A program made the translations under genes and the position numbers. 64,000 bases of DNA, taken from an uncultured Gemmatimonadales bacterium. GTDB lineage: Bacteria > Gemmatimonadota > Gemmatimonadetes > Longimicrobiales > RSA9. Position 1 is the stretch's first letter; each line of letters opens with the position of its first letter. The stretch is taken from contig CAWAMW010000007.1 in assembly GCA_963783305.1 (NCBI GenBank), positions 128,001 through 192,000 on the forward strand, in the 5' to 3' direction. Positions 9,343 to 19,350 of the stretch are shown here, piece after piece. Under the pieces are notes generated by a model. That model saw only the letters and a program-made list of their open reading frames with translations, had not been told where the DNA came from and did no database searches.

Positions 9343-10313
9343 TGCCGGCCGCCACCGACCTCGGCAAGGACCTGGTGGGGCTGGAATCGCTGTCCGCGGA
9401 GCAGATCCGGGCGATCCTGGATACTGCCGAGCCGTTCAAGGAGATCAGCGAGCGGCAGATCAAGAAGGTGCCGGTGCTCCGCGGTCAGACGATCGTCAAT
9501 CTCTTCTTCGAGCCATCGACCCGGACGCGCGTCAGCTTCGAGTTCGCCGAGAAGCGGCTGAGCGCCGACACCGTGAACATCTCCAGCAGCGGCTCCAGTG
9601 TGGTGAAGGGCGAGACGCTGGTGGACACGGCCCGGAACCTCGAGGCCATGCGCATCGACATGGTGGTCATGCGACACGGCTCTTCGGGGGCCGCGCAGTT
9701 CCTCGCCGACCGCATCCCGTCGAACGTCATCAACGCCGGGGATGGCCGGCACGAGCACCCCACGCAGGCCCTCCTGGACATGCTGACCATCCGCGACCAC
9801 CGCGGCCGGATCGAGGGGATGAAGGTGTGCATCGTCGGCGACATCCGGCACTCGCGCGTGGCGCGCTCGAACATCTTCGGGCTCCGCACGCTGGGCGCCG
9901 AGGTGGCCGTGTGCGGGCCGCGTACGCTGATCCCCGCCCGGATCGAGGAGCTGGGGGTGACGGTCTTCCACCGGATCGAAGAGGCCGTGGAGTGGGCGGA
10001 CGTGCTCAACATTCTGCGCCTCCAGCTCGAGCGCATGCAGGCGGGCTACGTCCCCAGCCTGCGCGAGTACAACCGCATCTTCGGCGTCACGCGGGAACGG
10101 GTGGAGGCGGCGCCTCGCGATCTGCTGATCCTGCACCCCGGGCCCATGAACCGCGGCGTGGAGATCGACAGCGACGTGGCGGACGGTCCGCAGTCGGTGA
10201 TTCTGAACCAGGTCACCAACGGCGTCGCTATCCGGATGGCGGTGCTCTACCTGCTGGCGGGCGGTGCACCGGAAAAGGCCGAAGCGGCGAAGGGGGCGGG
10301 TGAGAATGGCTGA
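9342..10313 (+). CDS. pyrB: Aspartate carbamoyltransferase catalytic subunit
   Basis: [12 protein letters not shown], [18 protein letters not shown]. Confidence 0.96.
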   Translation: MPAATDLGKDLVGLESLSAEQIRAILDTAEPFKEISERQIKKVPVLRGQTIVNLFFEPSTRTRVSFEFAEKRLSADTVNISSSGSSVVKGETLVDTARNLEAMRIDMVVMRHGSSGAAQFLADRIPSNVINAGDGRHEHPTQALLDMLTIRDHRGRIEGMKVCIVGDIRHSRVARSNIFGLRTLGAEVAVCGPRTLIPARIEELGVTVFHRIEEAVEWADVLNILRLQLERMQAGYVPSLREYNRIFGVTRERVEAAPRDLLILHPGPMNRGVEIDSDVADGPQSVILNQVTNGVAIRMAVLYLLAGGAPEKAEAAKGAGENG

Positions 10314-11637
10314 GCGACAGGTACTGCTGAAGGGCGGCCGGGTGATCGATCCGGCCTCGGGAATCGATGACACGATGGACGTGCTGCTGGCGGACGGTCA
10401 GGTCGCTCGTGTGGGGAAGGGAATTGCCGCGGCGGAGCACGCGGACGTACGGGATGTGACCGGGCTGGTGGTGGCGCCGGGTCTGGTAGACGTCCACGTG
10501 CACCTGCGGGAGCCGGGCGGCGAGCACAAGGAAACGATCGCCACGGGCGCATGGTCGGCCGTGGTGGGGGGCTTCACCTCCGTCTGCGCCATGCCGAACA
10601 CCGACCCTGCCATCGACGACCCGGCGGCGGTCGGCTACGTCCTGGCGCAGGGGAAGCGGGCCGGCGCCGCGCGCGTCTACCCGCTGGGCGCCGTGTCCAT
10701 CGGGCAGAAGGGTGAGCGGATCGCCCTGGTGGGCGAAATGGTGGAGGCGGGCGCAGTCGGTATCACCGATGACGGCCACCCCGTGACCGACAGCGGTCTC
10801 ATGCGCCTCGCCCTCGAGTACGCGGGGACGTTCGGGATCCCCGTGGCGAACCACTGCGAGGACCTCACGCTGTCGCGCGGCGGGTCCATGAACGAGGGTC
10901 TCGTCTCCACTCGGCTCGGCATCACGGGTATCCCCGGCGCTGCCGAGACGGTCATGATCGGGCGCGACCTGCTCCTGGCAGAGATGACGGGGGGCCGGCT
11001 GCACCTCCAGCACGTTTCCACCCGCGAGGGCGTGGCGCTGATCCGTGCGGCCAAGGAGCGGGGTGTCCGCGTCACTGCGGAGGCTACACCGCACCACTTC
11101 ACGCTGACCAATGAAGCCGTGGTGGGCTACCGCACGGAGGCCAAGGTCAATCCGCCCCTTCGAGAGGAGGCGGATCGGCAGGCGGTACGGGAGGGGGTCC
11201 GCGATGGCACGCTCGACTGCATCGCCACCGACCACGCACCGCACCATTATGACGAAAAGGAGCAGGCCTTCGAGGATGCTCCCTTCGGGCTCGTGGGGCT
11301 CGAGACGGCGCTCGGGCTGGGCGTCACCGAGCTGGTCGATGGCGGTGTGCTGTCGCTGCCCGAGCTCATCGAGCGGATGAGCCTGGCCCCCGCGCGGGCG
11401 TTCGACCTCCCCGCGGGCTCCCTGGCGGAAGGAAGCCCGGGCGACGTGACGGTATTCGACCCGGAGGAGGAGTGGACCGTGGACGCCGGGCGGTTCGCGT
11501 CCAAGAGCCGGAACACTCCCTTCCACGGCCGCACCCTGAACGGCCGCGTGCGGCTTACGATGGTGGGCGGCCGCGTGATCTGGACGGCGGAGCAGGGTGT
11601 TGAATTCGCGCGGCAGCAGGCGAGGCGGCATGGCTGA
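10306..11637 (+). CDS. pyrC: Dihydroorotase
   Basis: [35 protein letters not shown] 10306 overlaps the pyrB end. Confidence 0.94.
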   Translation: MAERQVLLKGGRVIDPASGIDDTMDVLLADGQVARVGKGIAAAEHADVRDVTGLVVAPGLVDVHVHLREPGGEHKETIATGAWSAVVGGFTSVCAMPNTDPAIDDPAAVGYVLAQGKRAGAARVYPLGAVSIGQKGERIALVGEMVEAGAVGITDDGHPVTDSGLMRLALEYAGTFGIPVANHCEDLTLSRGGSMNEGLVSTRLGITGIPGAAETVMIGRDLLLAEMTGGRLHLQHVSTREGVALIRAAKERGVRVTAEATPHHFTLTNEAVVGYRTEAKVNPPLREEADRQAVREGVRDGTLDCIATDHAPHHYDEKEQAFEDAPFGLVGLETALGLGVTELVDGGVLSLPELIERMSLAPARAFDLPAGSLAEGSPGDVTVFDPEEEWTVDAGRFASKSRNTPFHGRTLNGRVRLTMVGGRVIWTAEQGVEFARQQARRHG

Positions 11638-12733
11638 GGGTGGGGCGGGGACCACACTGGCGGGGGCCTCCGGCGGTGTGCCTCTGCGGGAATGGCTGGG
11701 CGGCGCGGAGCTGCCCTGGCCGCCCGCGTCGGACCTGGGGGACGGCGCCCGTATCGTGGCGTGCTACAGCGTGGTCCGGTCGGCCATGGCCACCACGCGG
11801 CAGGACAAGCCGTACCTGCGCCTCGAGCTGACCGACCTCCATGGCAGCATCCAGGCACGGGTCTGGGATCACGCGGAGCGCTACGGCGCGGTGGCGGAGC
11901 CCGGGTCGTACGTGGGCGTTCGGGGTCGGGTGGAGGTATTCCAGGGGCAGCCGCAGGTGAACGTGGACCACCTGGAGCGGGTCCGGGTGGAGCCATCGGA
12001 GCTGGGCTTCTTCATGCCTCGCTGTCCACGAGACCCGATAGAAATGGACGCCGAACTCGCGGACCTCATGGCCTCGGTGAAGGACGCCCCGCTGCGTAAG
12101 CTCCTGCGCGCGCTGCTCGGCCCGCAGACGGAGTCTGGAGCGTGGTACCGAAAAGCGCCCGCCGCCATGCGGAACCATCACGCGTACGTGGGCGGTCTGC
12201 TCGAGCACACGCTGTCCGTGGGCAAGCTGTGCGCGTCCATGGCCGACCACTACGGCACGATCATCGATCGCGACCTGCTCGTGACAGGGGCGCTCCTGCA
12301 CGACGTCGGAAAGATCCGCGAAATCGCCACGCAGGCCGGCTTCCCCTACACCACGCATGGCAAGCTGCTGGGCCACATCCTCCTGGGGATCGAGATGGTG
12401 CACGAGGCCGGGCGCACGCTCAACGTCCCGGACGATCGGCTCCGGCTGGTCGAGCACCTGATCGCGGCGCACCAGGGGCGCTATGAGTGGCAGAGCCCGC
12501 GCCAGCCCCACACGCTGGAAGCGCTGATCCTCCACTACGCCGACGACACCAATGCCAAGCTCCAGCAGGCCATCGACCTCGTCCGCTCAAGCGACGAGGG
12601 CTGGACCGACTACTCCCGGTCCTTTGGCCGCGAGTTCTTTCGACACTCCGGCGGTCGTCCCTCGGATGAGCCGCCGGCGGATCCCACCGGCAGGCCGGAC
12701 CCGGACACCCTGTCGCTCTTCGACCTGGACTGA
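11630..12733 (+). CDS. YhaM-like 3'-5' exoribonuclease (OB-fold + HD domain)
   Basis: OB-fold KPYLRLELTD..GSIQARVW; PAAMRNHHAYVGGLLEH, LLHDVGK, EALILHYAD. Confidence 0.85.
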   Translation: MAEGGAGTTLAGASGGVPLREWLGGAELPWPPASDLGDGARIVACYSVVRSAMATTRQDKPYLRLELTDLHGSIQARVWDHAERYGAVAEPGSYVGVRGRVEVFQGQPQVNVDHLERVRVEPSELGFFMPRCPRDPIEMDAELADLMASVKDAPLRKLLRALLGPQTESGAWYRKAPAAMRNHHAYVGGLLEHTLSVGKLCASMADHYGTIIDRDLLVTGALLHDVGKIREIATQAGFPYTTHGKLLGHILLGIEMVHEAGRTLNVPDDRLRLVEHLIAAHQGRYEWQSPRQPHTLEALILHYADDTNAKLQQAIDLVRSSDEGWTDYSRSFGREFFRHSGGRPSDEPPADPTGRPDPDTLSLFDLD

Positions 12734-12781
12734 CGCGAGCCCGGCGGAGCCCCACCGCCGCCGCATTTCCCTGCCCACACC

Positions 12782-12815
12782 AAAAAGCCGCCCCCGTCCA
12801 GTGGACGGGGGCGGC
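12782..12815 (-). terminator. Intrinsic terminator of rpsT
   Basis: GCCGCCCCCGTCC-AGT-GGACGGGGGCGGC preceded by A5 on + (U-tract on -). Confidence 0.75.
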
Positions 12816-12847
12816 GGAACCGCAGGGGCCGTGCTGGAGCGACGCTC

Positions 12848-13111
12848 CTAGACGGTGCCACCCTTTTCGAGCACGATCCTGGCCAGCTGCGACTTCTTGC
12901 GCGCCGCCTTGTTCCGGTGGAGCAGGTATCTCGTGCTGAAGCGGTCGAGGAGCTGCGACGCGCGCCGGAAAGCGGCCGTGGCCTCTTCCCCGGTTTCCGC
13001 GCTCTGCACGCCCTTGATCGCGCTCTTCAGCCGCGACCGCTGCTGGCGGTTCTGTTCGTGACGACGGACGTTCTGTCGGATCCGCTTTCGTGCGCTCTTG
13101 CTGTTCGCCAA
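12848..13111 (-). CDS. rpsT: 30S ribosomal protein S20
   Basis: TTG start, (M)ANSKSARKRIRQ...HRNKAARKKSQL, 87 aa; the longer tracked ORF is a spurious extension. Confidence 0.93.
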   Translation of the reverse strand: MANSKSARKRIRQNVRRHEQNRQQRSRLKSAIKGVQSAETGEEATAAFRRASQLLDRFSTRYLLHRNKAARKKSQLARIVLEKGGTV

Positions 13112-13153
13112 AGTCCCTAGCTCCCGCTGGTTACCGGTCTCCCAAAGCCCCGA

Positions 13154-13182
13154 AGTATGGAAGTGCTCCGGCGGGTTGTCAA
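13154..13182 (-). promoter_or_regulatory. Sigma70-type promoter of rpsT
   Basis: Minus strand TTGACA-17 nt-CATACT. Confidence 0.7.
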
Positions 13183-13203
13183 GGTGTTCGCCCTTCGGCC
13201 TCA

Positions 13204-13323
13204 CGGAGGGCGGCCTGCGGCCGCGGGGGGGTCGCTTCGCTCCCGGAGGGCGGCCTGCGGCCGCGGGGGGGTCGCTTCGCTCCCGGAGGGCGGCCTGCGG
13301 CCGCGGGGGGGTCGCTTCGCTCC
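13204..13323. repeat. Three perfect tandem copies of a 40-bp unit
   Basis: CGGAGGGCGGCCTGCGGCCGCGGGGGGGTCGCTTCGCTCC at 13204, 13244 and 13284. Confidence 0.95.
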
Positions 13324-13521
13324 GACCACGCACCGGCGGATGCAGTCCCGTGGTGGTTCCGTGCGAGCGAAGCGAGCGCTCTCCGCGAGCGGAGCGAGTC
13401 CGCCCGTCGAAACGTAGTGAGCCACCCCCGCAGGCCGCGAGGCGGCCCGCCCTCCGAGGCGAACCCCGTTCGCCGCCCCCCCGGTAGCGTCCGACCTTTC
13501 GCGCGCGTAGGTTCCGGCGCA

Positions 13522-14187
13522 ATGGAGCGGGTCGAGCAGGTCCTCGTATTTCTGCCTGTGCTGCTGGTGTCCGTGGTCCTTCACGAAGTGGCTCACGGCT
13601 GGATGGCGCTGAGGCAGGGTGATGATACGGCGCAGCGGGCGGGCCGGCTGACGCTGAATCCGATTCCCCATCTGGATGTGATGGGGAGCTTGATCGTGCC
13701 CACACTCCTGGCGCTGATGCCGGGAACGCTCCTGTTCGGCTGGGCGAAGCCGGTGCCGGTGGACCCGCGGAACTTCCGGAACTACCGCCGGGGCGATATC
13801 CTCGTGTCGCTGGCGGGGGTGACGGTGAATCTGCTGCTGGTGGTGGCGTTCACGGCTCTGATGATTGCGGCGGTGTGGTCGGGTCGACTCGTCCCGGCGC
13901 TGGAGCCGGTGGCAGAGCTGGTTCTGAGCGCGGCGCAGCTTGGGGTCGTCCTGAACCTGATCCTGGTGTTCTTCAACCTGATACCGCTCCCGCCCCTGGA
14001 CGGCTCGCATGTGGTCGCGCACGCGCTGCCGCCTTCCCTCAGAAGCGGCTACCGAAGGGTGGGGCGGTACGGTCTCGGGATCCTGATGGTGGCGGTTTTC
14101 CTCGCGCCGGGCGCCGTGGACGTGGTGCTGTGGCCGGCCTTTGCCCTGGTGGACGTCGCTTTCGGAATCGTGCAGTGGGTCGTATGA
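13522..14187 (+). CDS. Site-2 protease family (M50) membrane metalloprotease
   Basis: HEVAH, GRLTLNP, GWAKPVPV, FNLIPLPPLDG. Confidence 0.9.
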   Translation: MERVEQVLVFLPVLLVSVVLHEVAHGWMALRQGDDTAQRAGRLTLNPIPHLDVMGSLIVPTLLALMPGTLLFGWAKPVPVDPRNFRNYRRGDILVSLAGVTVNLLLVVAFTALMIAAVWSGRLVPALEPVAELVLSAAQLGVVLNLILVFFNLIPLPPLDGSHVVAHALPPSLRSGYRRVGRYGLGILMVAVFLAPGAVDVVLWPAFALVDVAFGIVQWVV

Positions 14188-14975
14188 GCAGGCGGGAATC
14201 GGTGGAAGGGCCGGGGGAGCAGCCGATGTTCATGGTCGAGCTGGAGGCGTTCGAGGGGCCTCTCGATCTCCTGCTCCACCTGATCCGTGAGCAGGACATC
14301 GATATTTTTGATATCCCGATCGCACGGATCACGGCGCAGTTCCTGAAGGCCATCGAGGGCGTAGAGACCCTCGGACTGGATCGCGCTGGCGAGTTCCTGG
14401 AGCTTGCGGCCACCCTCGTCCGGATCAAGTCGCGGATGCTCCTCCCGCGACGTCCCGACGAGGACGGCGAGCTGGAGGATCCCAGGGCGGAGCTGGTGCG
14501 CCGGCTCCTGGAGTACGAGCACTTCCGGGACGCCGCCGACCAGCTGGAGGACGCCGAAGCCGAACGGTCGCGCCATTACGGTCGCGGCTACATCCCGCCG
14601 CGTCCGCGCCCGGATCCCGAGGAGCTGGAGATCGAGGTGGACTGGGCGGAGCTGTGGGACTCGCTCCACGACCTCATCGAGCGGATGCGGCCGCCGGAGG
14701 AGCACCACGTTCACGGCCGGATCGTGACGCTGGAGGAGAAGGTCGAGCTCATCCTCGACACGTTGGCGCGGCTGAGCCGGGTCGAGTTCAGGCAGCTGCT
14801 GGTGGGTCACTCCGGTCGGATGCACGGCGTCGCGACGCTGCTGGCGAGCTTGGAGCTGGCCCGTCGTCGCGAGGTGGCCATCCGGCAGAGCAAGCCGTTC
14901 GCGCCGCTCTGGATCTACAGGCGAACGGACGAGGCGGAGCCCCTCGAACCCCAGTCGCCCCAGGAGCCCGAATGA
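14184..14975 (+). CDS. scpA: Segregation and condensation protein A
   Basis: FEGPLDLLLHLI, IKSRMLLP, DPRAELVRRLLEY, LASLEL. Confidence 0.93.
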   Translation: MSRRESVEGPGEQPMFMVELEAFEGPLDLLLHLIREQDIDIFDIPIARITAQFLKAIEGVETLGLDRAGEFLELAATLVRIKSRMLLPRRPDEDGELEDPRAELVRRLLEYEHFRDAADQLEDAEAERSRHYGRGYIPPRPRPDPEELEIEVDWAELWDSLHDLIERMRPPEEHHVHGRIVTLEEKVELILDTLARLSRVEFRQLLVGHSGRMHGVATLLASLELARRREVAIRQSKPFAPLWIYRRTDEAEPLEPQSPQEPE

Positions 14976-15649
14976 AGACGACCCAGATCATCGAAGCGCT
15001 CCTGTTCGCCAGCGATGCCCCGCTCTCCGCCGAGGACCTCGCCCGCGGCGAAGAGGAGGTGGACGCCGAGGCCGTCCGCAACGCCATCCAGGACCTCCGC
15101 CACGACTACGAAGAGCAGGGGCGCGCGTTCCAGGTCTACGAGATCGCCGGCGGATTCCAGCTGCTCACGCGGCCCGAGTACTCGCCGCACCTGGAGCGGT
15201 TCGAGACGATTCCCACCAGCACCCGGCTGTCCGGTGCCGCCCTGGAAGTCCTGGCCATCATCGCGTACCGGCAGCCGCTGGGGCGGTCGGAGGTGGAGGA
15301 CATCCGGGGGGTGGGCTCGTCCCATGTGCTCCGGTCGCTCCAGGACCTGGCGCTGATCGAGGTGGTGGGACGCGGCGAGGGCCTCGGGCGGCCGCTCCTG
15401 TACGGCACGACCGACCGGTTCCTGGACCACTTCGGCTTTGCTTCGCTCGAAGACCTGCCAAAGCCGGATGAGCTGCCCGTCGTCCTCACCGACCGGCACC
15501 GGGCGGGCGGCGAGGATGACATCGAAGAGGACGAGGACGCGGGCAAGGGTGGGCAGATGGAGCTGGAACCGGCAGTGGACGAAGAGGTCGCCGAGGAAGA
15601 GGTCGCCGAGGAAGAGGTCGCCGAGGAAGAGGGCAGCGCGGCCTCATGA
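14972..15649 (+). CDS. scpB: SMC-Scp complex subunit ScpB
   Basis: IEALLFAS, ALEVLAIIAYRQP, IRGV, GRPLLYGTT; acidic tail with EEVAE x3. Confidence 0.93.
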   Translation: MKTTQIIEALLFASDAPLSAEDLARGEEEVDAEAVRNAIQDLRHDYEEQGRAFQVYEIAGGFQLLTRPEYSPHLERFETIPTSTRLSGAALEVLAIIAYRQPLGRSEVEDIRGVGSSHVLRSLQDLALIEVVGRGEGLGRPLLYGTTDRFLDHFGFASLEDLPKPDELPVVLTDRHRAGGEDDIEEDEDAGKGGQMELEPAVDEEVAEEEVAEEEVAEEEGSAAS

Positions 15650-16380
15650 GTATGCGACTTCAGAAGTACCTGGCGCGCGCGGGCACGGCATCCCGTAGAG
15701 GGGCGGAGGACCTGATCCGGGATGGTCGGGTGCGGGTGAACGGGGAGGTCGTTACCGAGATGGGGGTCAAGGTCGAGCCGGACGACCGGGTAGAGGTGGA
15801 CGGCCGCGTGGTGGCGCCGGAGCCGCCGATGTGGGTCATGCTGCACAAGCCGCCGGGCTATGTCACCACGCGGGACGACCCTCAGGGTCGCCCGACGGTC
15901 TACGACCTCCTGCCGAAGCGCTTCGAGGGTCTTTTCCACGTGGGGCGACTGGACCTCGACAGCGAGGGGCTTCTCCTCCTCACGAACGAGGGTGGGGCGG
16001 CGAACCGGCTCATGCACCCCCGGCACCAGGTGGACCGGGTCTATCTCGTGGATGTGGTGGGGGCGGTGAGCAACGACGTTCGCCGTCAGCTGGTGACCGG
16101 CGTCGATCTGGACGACGGCCCGGCGCGGGCGCACAAGGTGGAGATCGTGGCCCGCGAGGCGGCGGGGCCGGGGGTTGGGGCCGCGCCTCACACGCGCGTC
16201 CGGATTGTCATGCGGGAGGGCAGGAAGCGGGAGGTGCGGCGGCTGTTCGACGTGGTGGGGCACCCCGTGCGGCGCCTGGTGCGGGAGCGGCTGGGGCCGG
16301 TGCGGCTGGGGGACCTGCGGCAGGGGAAGTGGCGGGAGCTGTCGCCCCGCGAGGTCGAAGCCGTTCGGCGCGTGGATTAG
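15646..16380 (+). CDS. rluB: rRNA pseudouridine synthase (RluB/RsuA family)
   Basis: S4 domain RLQKYLA..SRR, HKPPGY, VGRLDLDSEGLLLLTN, EGRKREVRR; usual position after scpB. Confidence 0.85.
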   Translation: MSMRLQKYLARAGTASRRGAEDLIRDGRVRVNGEVVTEMGVKVEPDDRVEVDGRVVAPEPPMWVMLHKPPGYVTTRDDPQGRPTVYDLLPKRFEGLFHVGRLDLDSEGLLLLTNEGGAANRLMHPRHQVDRVYLVDVVGAVSNDVRRQLVTGVDLDDGPARAHKVEIVAREAAGPGVGAAPHTRVRIVMREGRKREVRRLFDVVGHPVRRLVRERLGPVRLGDLRQGKWRELSPREVEAVRRVD

Positions 16381-16419
16381 GAATCGACAGAGGGAACCAA
16401 CCGGGATCGAGGTCGGACC

Positions 16420-18072
16420 ATGGACATAGAAAACAGGACGATGCTCCTGCTGGGGGGGTCGGGGCTGGTGGGGCTGGCGGTGGCGCGGGCACTCGTCCCC
16501 CACGGCCCCAGGAAGATCGTGCTCACGGCGCTGACACGGTCGGAGGTGGAACCGGCGGTGGAGGAGCTGCGTGCGGAGGTGGAGGGGGTGGAGATCGTCG
16601 GAGAGTGGGGCGACATGTTCTGGCCGGAGGCGCTCAAGGACCGCGGCCGAGAGGACGTCCTCGCGGACCCGGAGGCGCGGGCCCGCCTCCTGGACGACCT
16701 GTACGGCGAGCTGACCGACGATGTCTTGAAGCGCTCGTCCTTCGCGTCCCTCATCGAGCGCCACCAGCCCCACCTCGTGGTCGACTGCGTCAACACGGCC
16801 ACCGCCTTCGCGTACCAGAACATCTTCGCCAGCGCCACGGAGTTGCGGCAGCGCGCGGAAGTCGGCGACTGCAGCCGCGAGCTGGTCGAGCGCCACCTCG
16901 CCACGCTCTACCTGCCGCAGCTCATCCGCCACGTCCAGATCGCTCTGGAATCCATGAAGCGGGCGGGCACGCGCATGTACCTGAAGATCGGTACCGCGGG
17001 GACCGGCGGAATGGGCCTCAACATCCCGTTCACCCATTCGGAAGAGCGCCCCAGCCGCATGCTGCTGGCCAAGAGCGGTGTTGCGGGGGCCCACACGCTC
17101 CTGCTCTTCCTCATGGCCCGCACTCCCGGGGCGCCCGCCGTGAAGGAGATCAAGCCGACAGCCGCCATCAGCTGGAAGCGCGTGGGCTACGGTGAGGTGA
17201 GGAAGCGCGGGCAGGCGATGCCGCGCTACGACGCCACCGGCCCGGTCCCGCTCGCCGAGGCGTTCGACGAGGGCTCCGAGGCCGCCTACCGCGCCGCTGG
17301 CGGGACGCTGGAGGGCGTGTACCTGGACGCCGGCGAGAACGGCCTGTTCAGCCTCGGCGAGTTCGAGACGCTGACGGCGCTCGGGCTGATGGAGTACATC
17401 ACGCCGGAGGAAATCGCCAACGATGTGGTCCGCGAGGTCCTGGGGCGGCCCACCGGTCACGACGTCGTGGCGGCCCTGGATGCGTCCACCTCCGGGCCCA
17501 CGTATCGAGCCGGTGTGCTGCGGGAGGTGGCGCTCGCCCGGATGGAGGCGCTCGAGCGGGAGCACGGCGTGGAGTCCGTCGCCTATGAGATGCTGGGGCC
17601 GCCGCGGCTCTCCAAGCTGCTGTTCGAGGTAGCGCTGCTGCGACGCCTCCACGAGGGTCTCGAAACCGCCGCGGAGCTCGATCCGGAAGAGACCGCACGG
17701 CGCACGGCACAGCTCATCGACGAGGACGAGGAGCTTCGGGTCCGTATCCTCACGATCGGCCTGCCTATCCTCCTGCCCGACGGAGAGCGAGTGCTTCGGG
17801 GCGAATCGGCCAAGGTGGTCCCTGACCCGGGGCAGTCGCCCCAGGACCCGCGCCTGGCCGAGAACGGCTGGGTGGACCTGCGCCCGTCGAACTGGGCGAA
17901 GTGGCGGGAGCGGCTCAGGTCGATCCGCGACGAACTCGACGGGGGACCGACCGCCAGCGATGGCTCCCGCGCCGACCGCGAGCCCCACGACCGCGGTCGC
18001 GCGCTGCGTCCCGGCCGCCTGGCCGCCTGGGTCTTCCGCTACGAGGACGGCGGGGAGCGGGAGAAGAGGTAG
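16420..18072 (+). CDS. Uncharacterised 550-aa Rossmann-fold (SDR-like) protein
   Basis: N-terminal LLGGSGLVG dinucleotide-binding motif; long ORF with host-like codon use. Confidence 0.7.
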   Translation: MDIENRTMLLLGGSGLVGLAVARALVPHGPRKIVLTALTRSEVEPAVEELRAEVEGVEIVGEWGDMFWPEALKDRGREDVLADPEARARLLDDLYGELTDDVLKRSSFASLIERHQPHLVVDCVNTATAFAYQNIFASATELRQRAEVGDCSRELVERHLATLYLPQLIRHVQIALESMKRAGTRMYLKIGTAGTGGMGLNIPFTHSEERPSRMLLAKSGVAGAHTLLLFLMARTPGAPAVKEIKPTAAISWKRVGYGEVRKRGQAMPRYDATGPVPLAEAFDEGSEAAYRAAGGTLEGVYLDAGENGLFSLGEFETLTALGLMEYITPEEIANDVVREVLGRPTGHDVVAALDASTSGPTYRAGVLREVALARMEALEREHGVESVAYEMLGPPRLSKLLFEVALLRRLHEGLETAAELDPEETARRTAQLIDEDEELRVRILTIGLPILLPDGERVLRGESAKVVPDPGQSPQDPRLAENGWVDLRPSNWAKWRERLRSIRDELDGGPTASDGSRADREPHDRGRALRPGRLAAWVFRYEDGGEREKR

Positions 18073-18086
18073 GGCGGCGCCTGCGG

Positions 18087-18169
18087 CGCCGCGGGGGGCG
18101 GCTTCGCCGCGGGGGGCGGCTTCGCCGCGGGGGGCGGCTTCGCCGCGGGGGGCGGCTTCGCCGCGGGGG
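18087..18169. repeat. 18-bp tandem repeat CGCCGCGGGGGGCGGCTT, about 4.6 copies
   Basis: Read directly downstream of the 18072 stop. Confidence 0.95.
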
Positions 18170-18351
18170 ACGTGAGCGCGGACCTTGCGAGTGGGGGGTG
18201 TGGTAGGTAGGAGGTTGGAACGAGGTCGCGGGCCGCAGGCCCGCTCCCCCGACGCGCGCAGCGCGGCGCCCCCGCGAGCCAGCGGCTCGCTCCCCCGGCG
18301 CGCGTAGCGCGACGCCCCCGCGGCCGAAGGCCGCTTAACGAGGAGGCAGGA

Positions 18352-19350
18352 TTGGAGAGCTCGACCACATCGCAGGGAAGGGCCGTGGCGGGGACGCCGT
18401 CGAACCGGGAGCTTGCGCCGCGGATCAAGCGCGAGCTGCACAAGCGGGTGGTCGGCCAGGACGCCATGATCGATCGGCTCCTGATCGGCATGCTGACAGG
18501 CGGACACGTGCTGCTGGAGGGCGTGCCCGGTCTGGCCAAGACACTGACCGTCTCGTCGCTGGCGGAGAGCATGGACGTGAGCTTCCAGCGCATCCAGTTC
18601 ACGCCGGACCTCCTCCCGGCGGATGTGGTGGGGACGAGCATCTACAATCAGCAGACGGGGGAGTTCACCCCGAAGCGGGGGCCCATCTTCGCGCAGGTGG
18701 TCCTGGCCGACGAGATCAATAGGGCCCCTCCGAAGGTGCAGTCGGCGCTGCTGGAGGCGATGCAGGAGAAGCAGGTCACCATCAGCGGTGAGACTTTCCC
18801 GCTGGAGGAGCCGTTCCTGGTCCTCGCTACGCAGAACCCCATCGAGCAGGAAGGGACCTATCCCCTGCCCGAGGCGCAGGTCGACCGCTTCATGCTCAAG
18901 CTCAACGTCACCTATCCGGACCGGGAGACGGAGAAGGAGATCATGCGCCGGATGGCGGGGAAGGCCCCGGCCCCGGTGGAGCGAGTGGCTACGCCGGCCG
19001 AGATCATGTCGGCGCGGGCGGAGATCGCCGGGCTCTACATGGACGAGAAGCTCACCGACTACATCGTGAATCTGGTCCACGCCAGCCGTGAGCCGGCCGA
19101 GCACGGGATCGGCTCGCTGGCGCCGCTGATCGAGTACGGGGCGTCGCCACGCGCGTCCATCTTCCTGGCCGTGGCCGCACGGGCTCACGCCTTCATCGAT
19201 GGCCGGGGATACGTGCTGCCGGAGGACGTGAAGAGCATTGGCCCCGATGTGCTCCGCCACCGGATCATCACGACCTACGAGGCCGAGGCGGAGGAGGTCA
19301 CCTCCGACGACCTGGTGCGGCGCATCTTCGAGGCGGTGGAGGTGCCTTGA
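18352..19350 (+). CDS. moxR: MoxR-family AAA+ ATPase
   Basis: LEGVPGLAKT, RIQFTPDLLPAD, LADEINRAPPKVQSALLEAM, ATQNPIEQEGTYPLPEAQ; AGGAGG SD before TTG. Confidence 0.93.
   Translation: MESSTTSQGRAVAGTPSNRELAPRIKRELHKRVVGQDAMIDRLLIGMLTGGHVLLEGVPGLAKTLTVSSLAESMDVSFQRIQFTPDLLPADVVGTSIYNQQTGEFTPKRGPIFAQVVLADEINRAPPKVQSALLEAMQEKQVTISGETFPLEEPFLVLATQNPIEQEGTYPLPEAQVDRFMLKLNVTYPDRETEKEIMRRMAGKAPAPVERVATPAEIMSARAEIAGLYMDEKLTDYIVNLVHASREPAEHGIGSLAPLIEYGASPRASIFLAVAARAHAFIDGRGYVLPEDVKSIGPDVLRHRIITTYEAEAEEVTSDDLVRRIFEAVEVP

Noticed and set aside
13204..13323. CRISPR array
   Set aside because: The units are directly tandem with no unique spacers, and no cas genes are present. The same applies to 18087-18169 and 50831-50936.
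15581..15630. 15-bp in-frame repeats in scpB (and at about 39265-39309 in secD)
   Set aside because: Ordinary low-complexity linker expansions.
15136..19260. 1374-aa minus-strand ORF and other long antisense ORFs (5199-7217, 29928-32342, 45980-48571, 60452-62806)
   Set aside because: Shadow frames of real genes in high-GC DNA, with no recognisable motifs.
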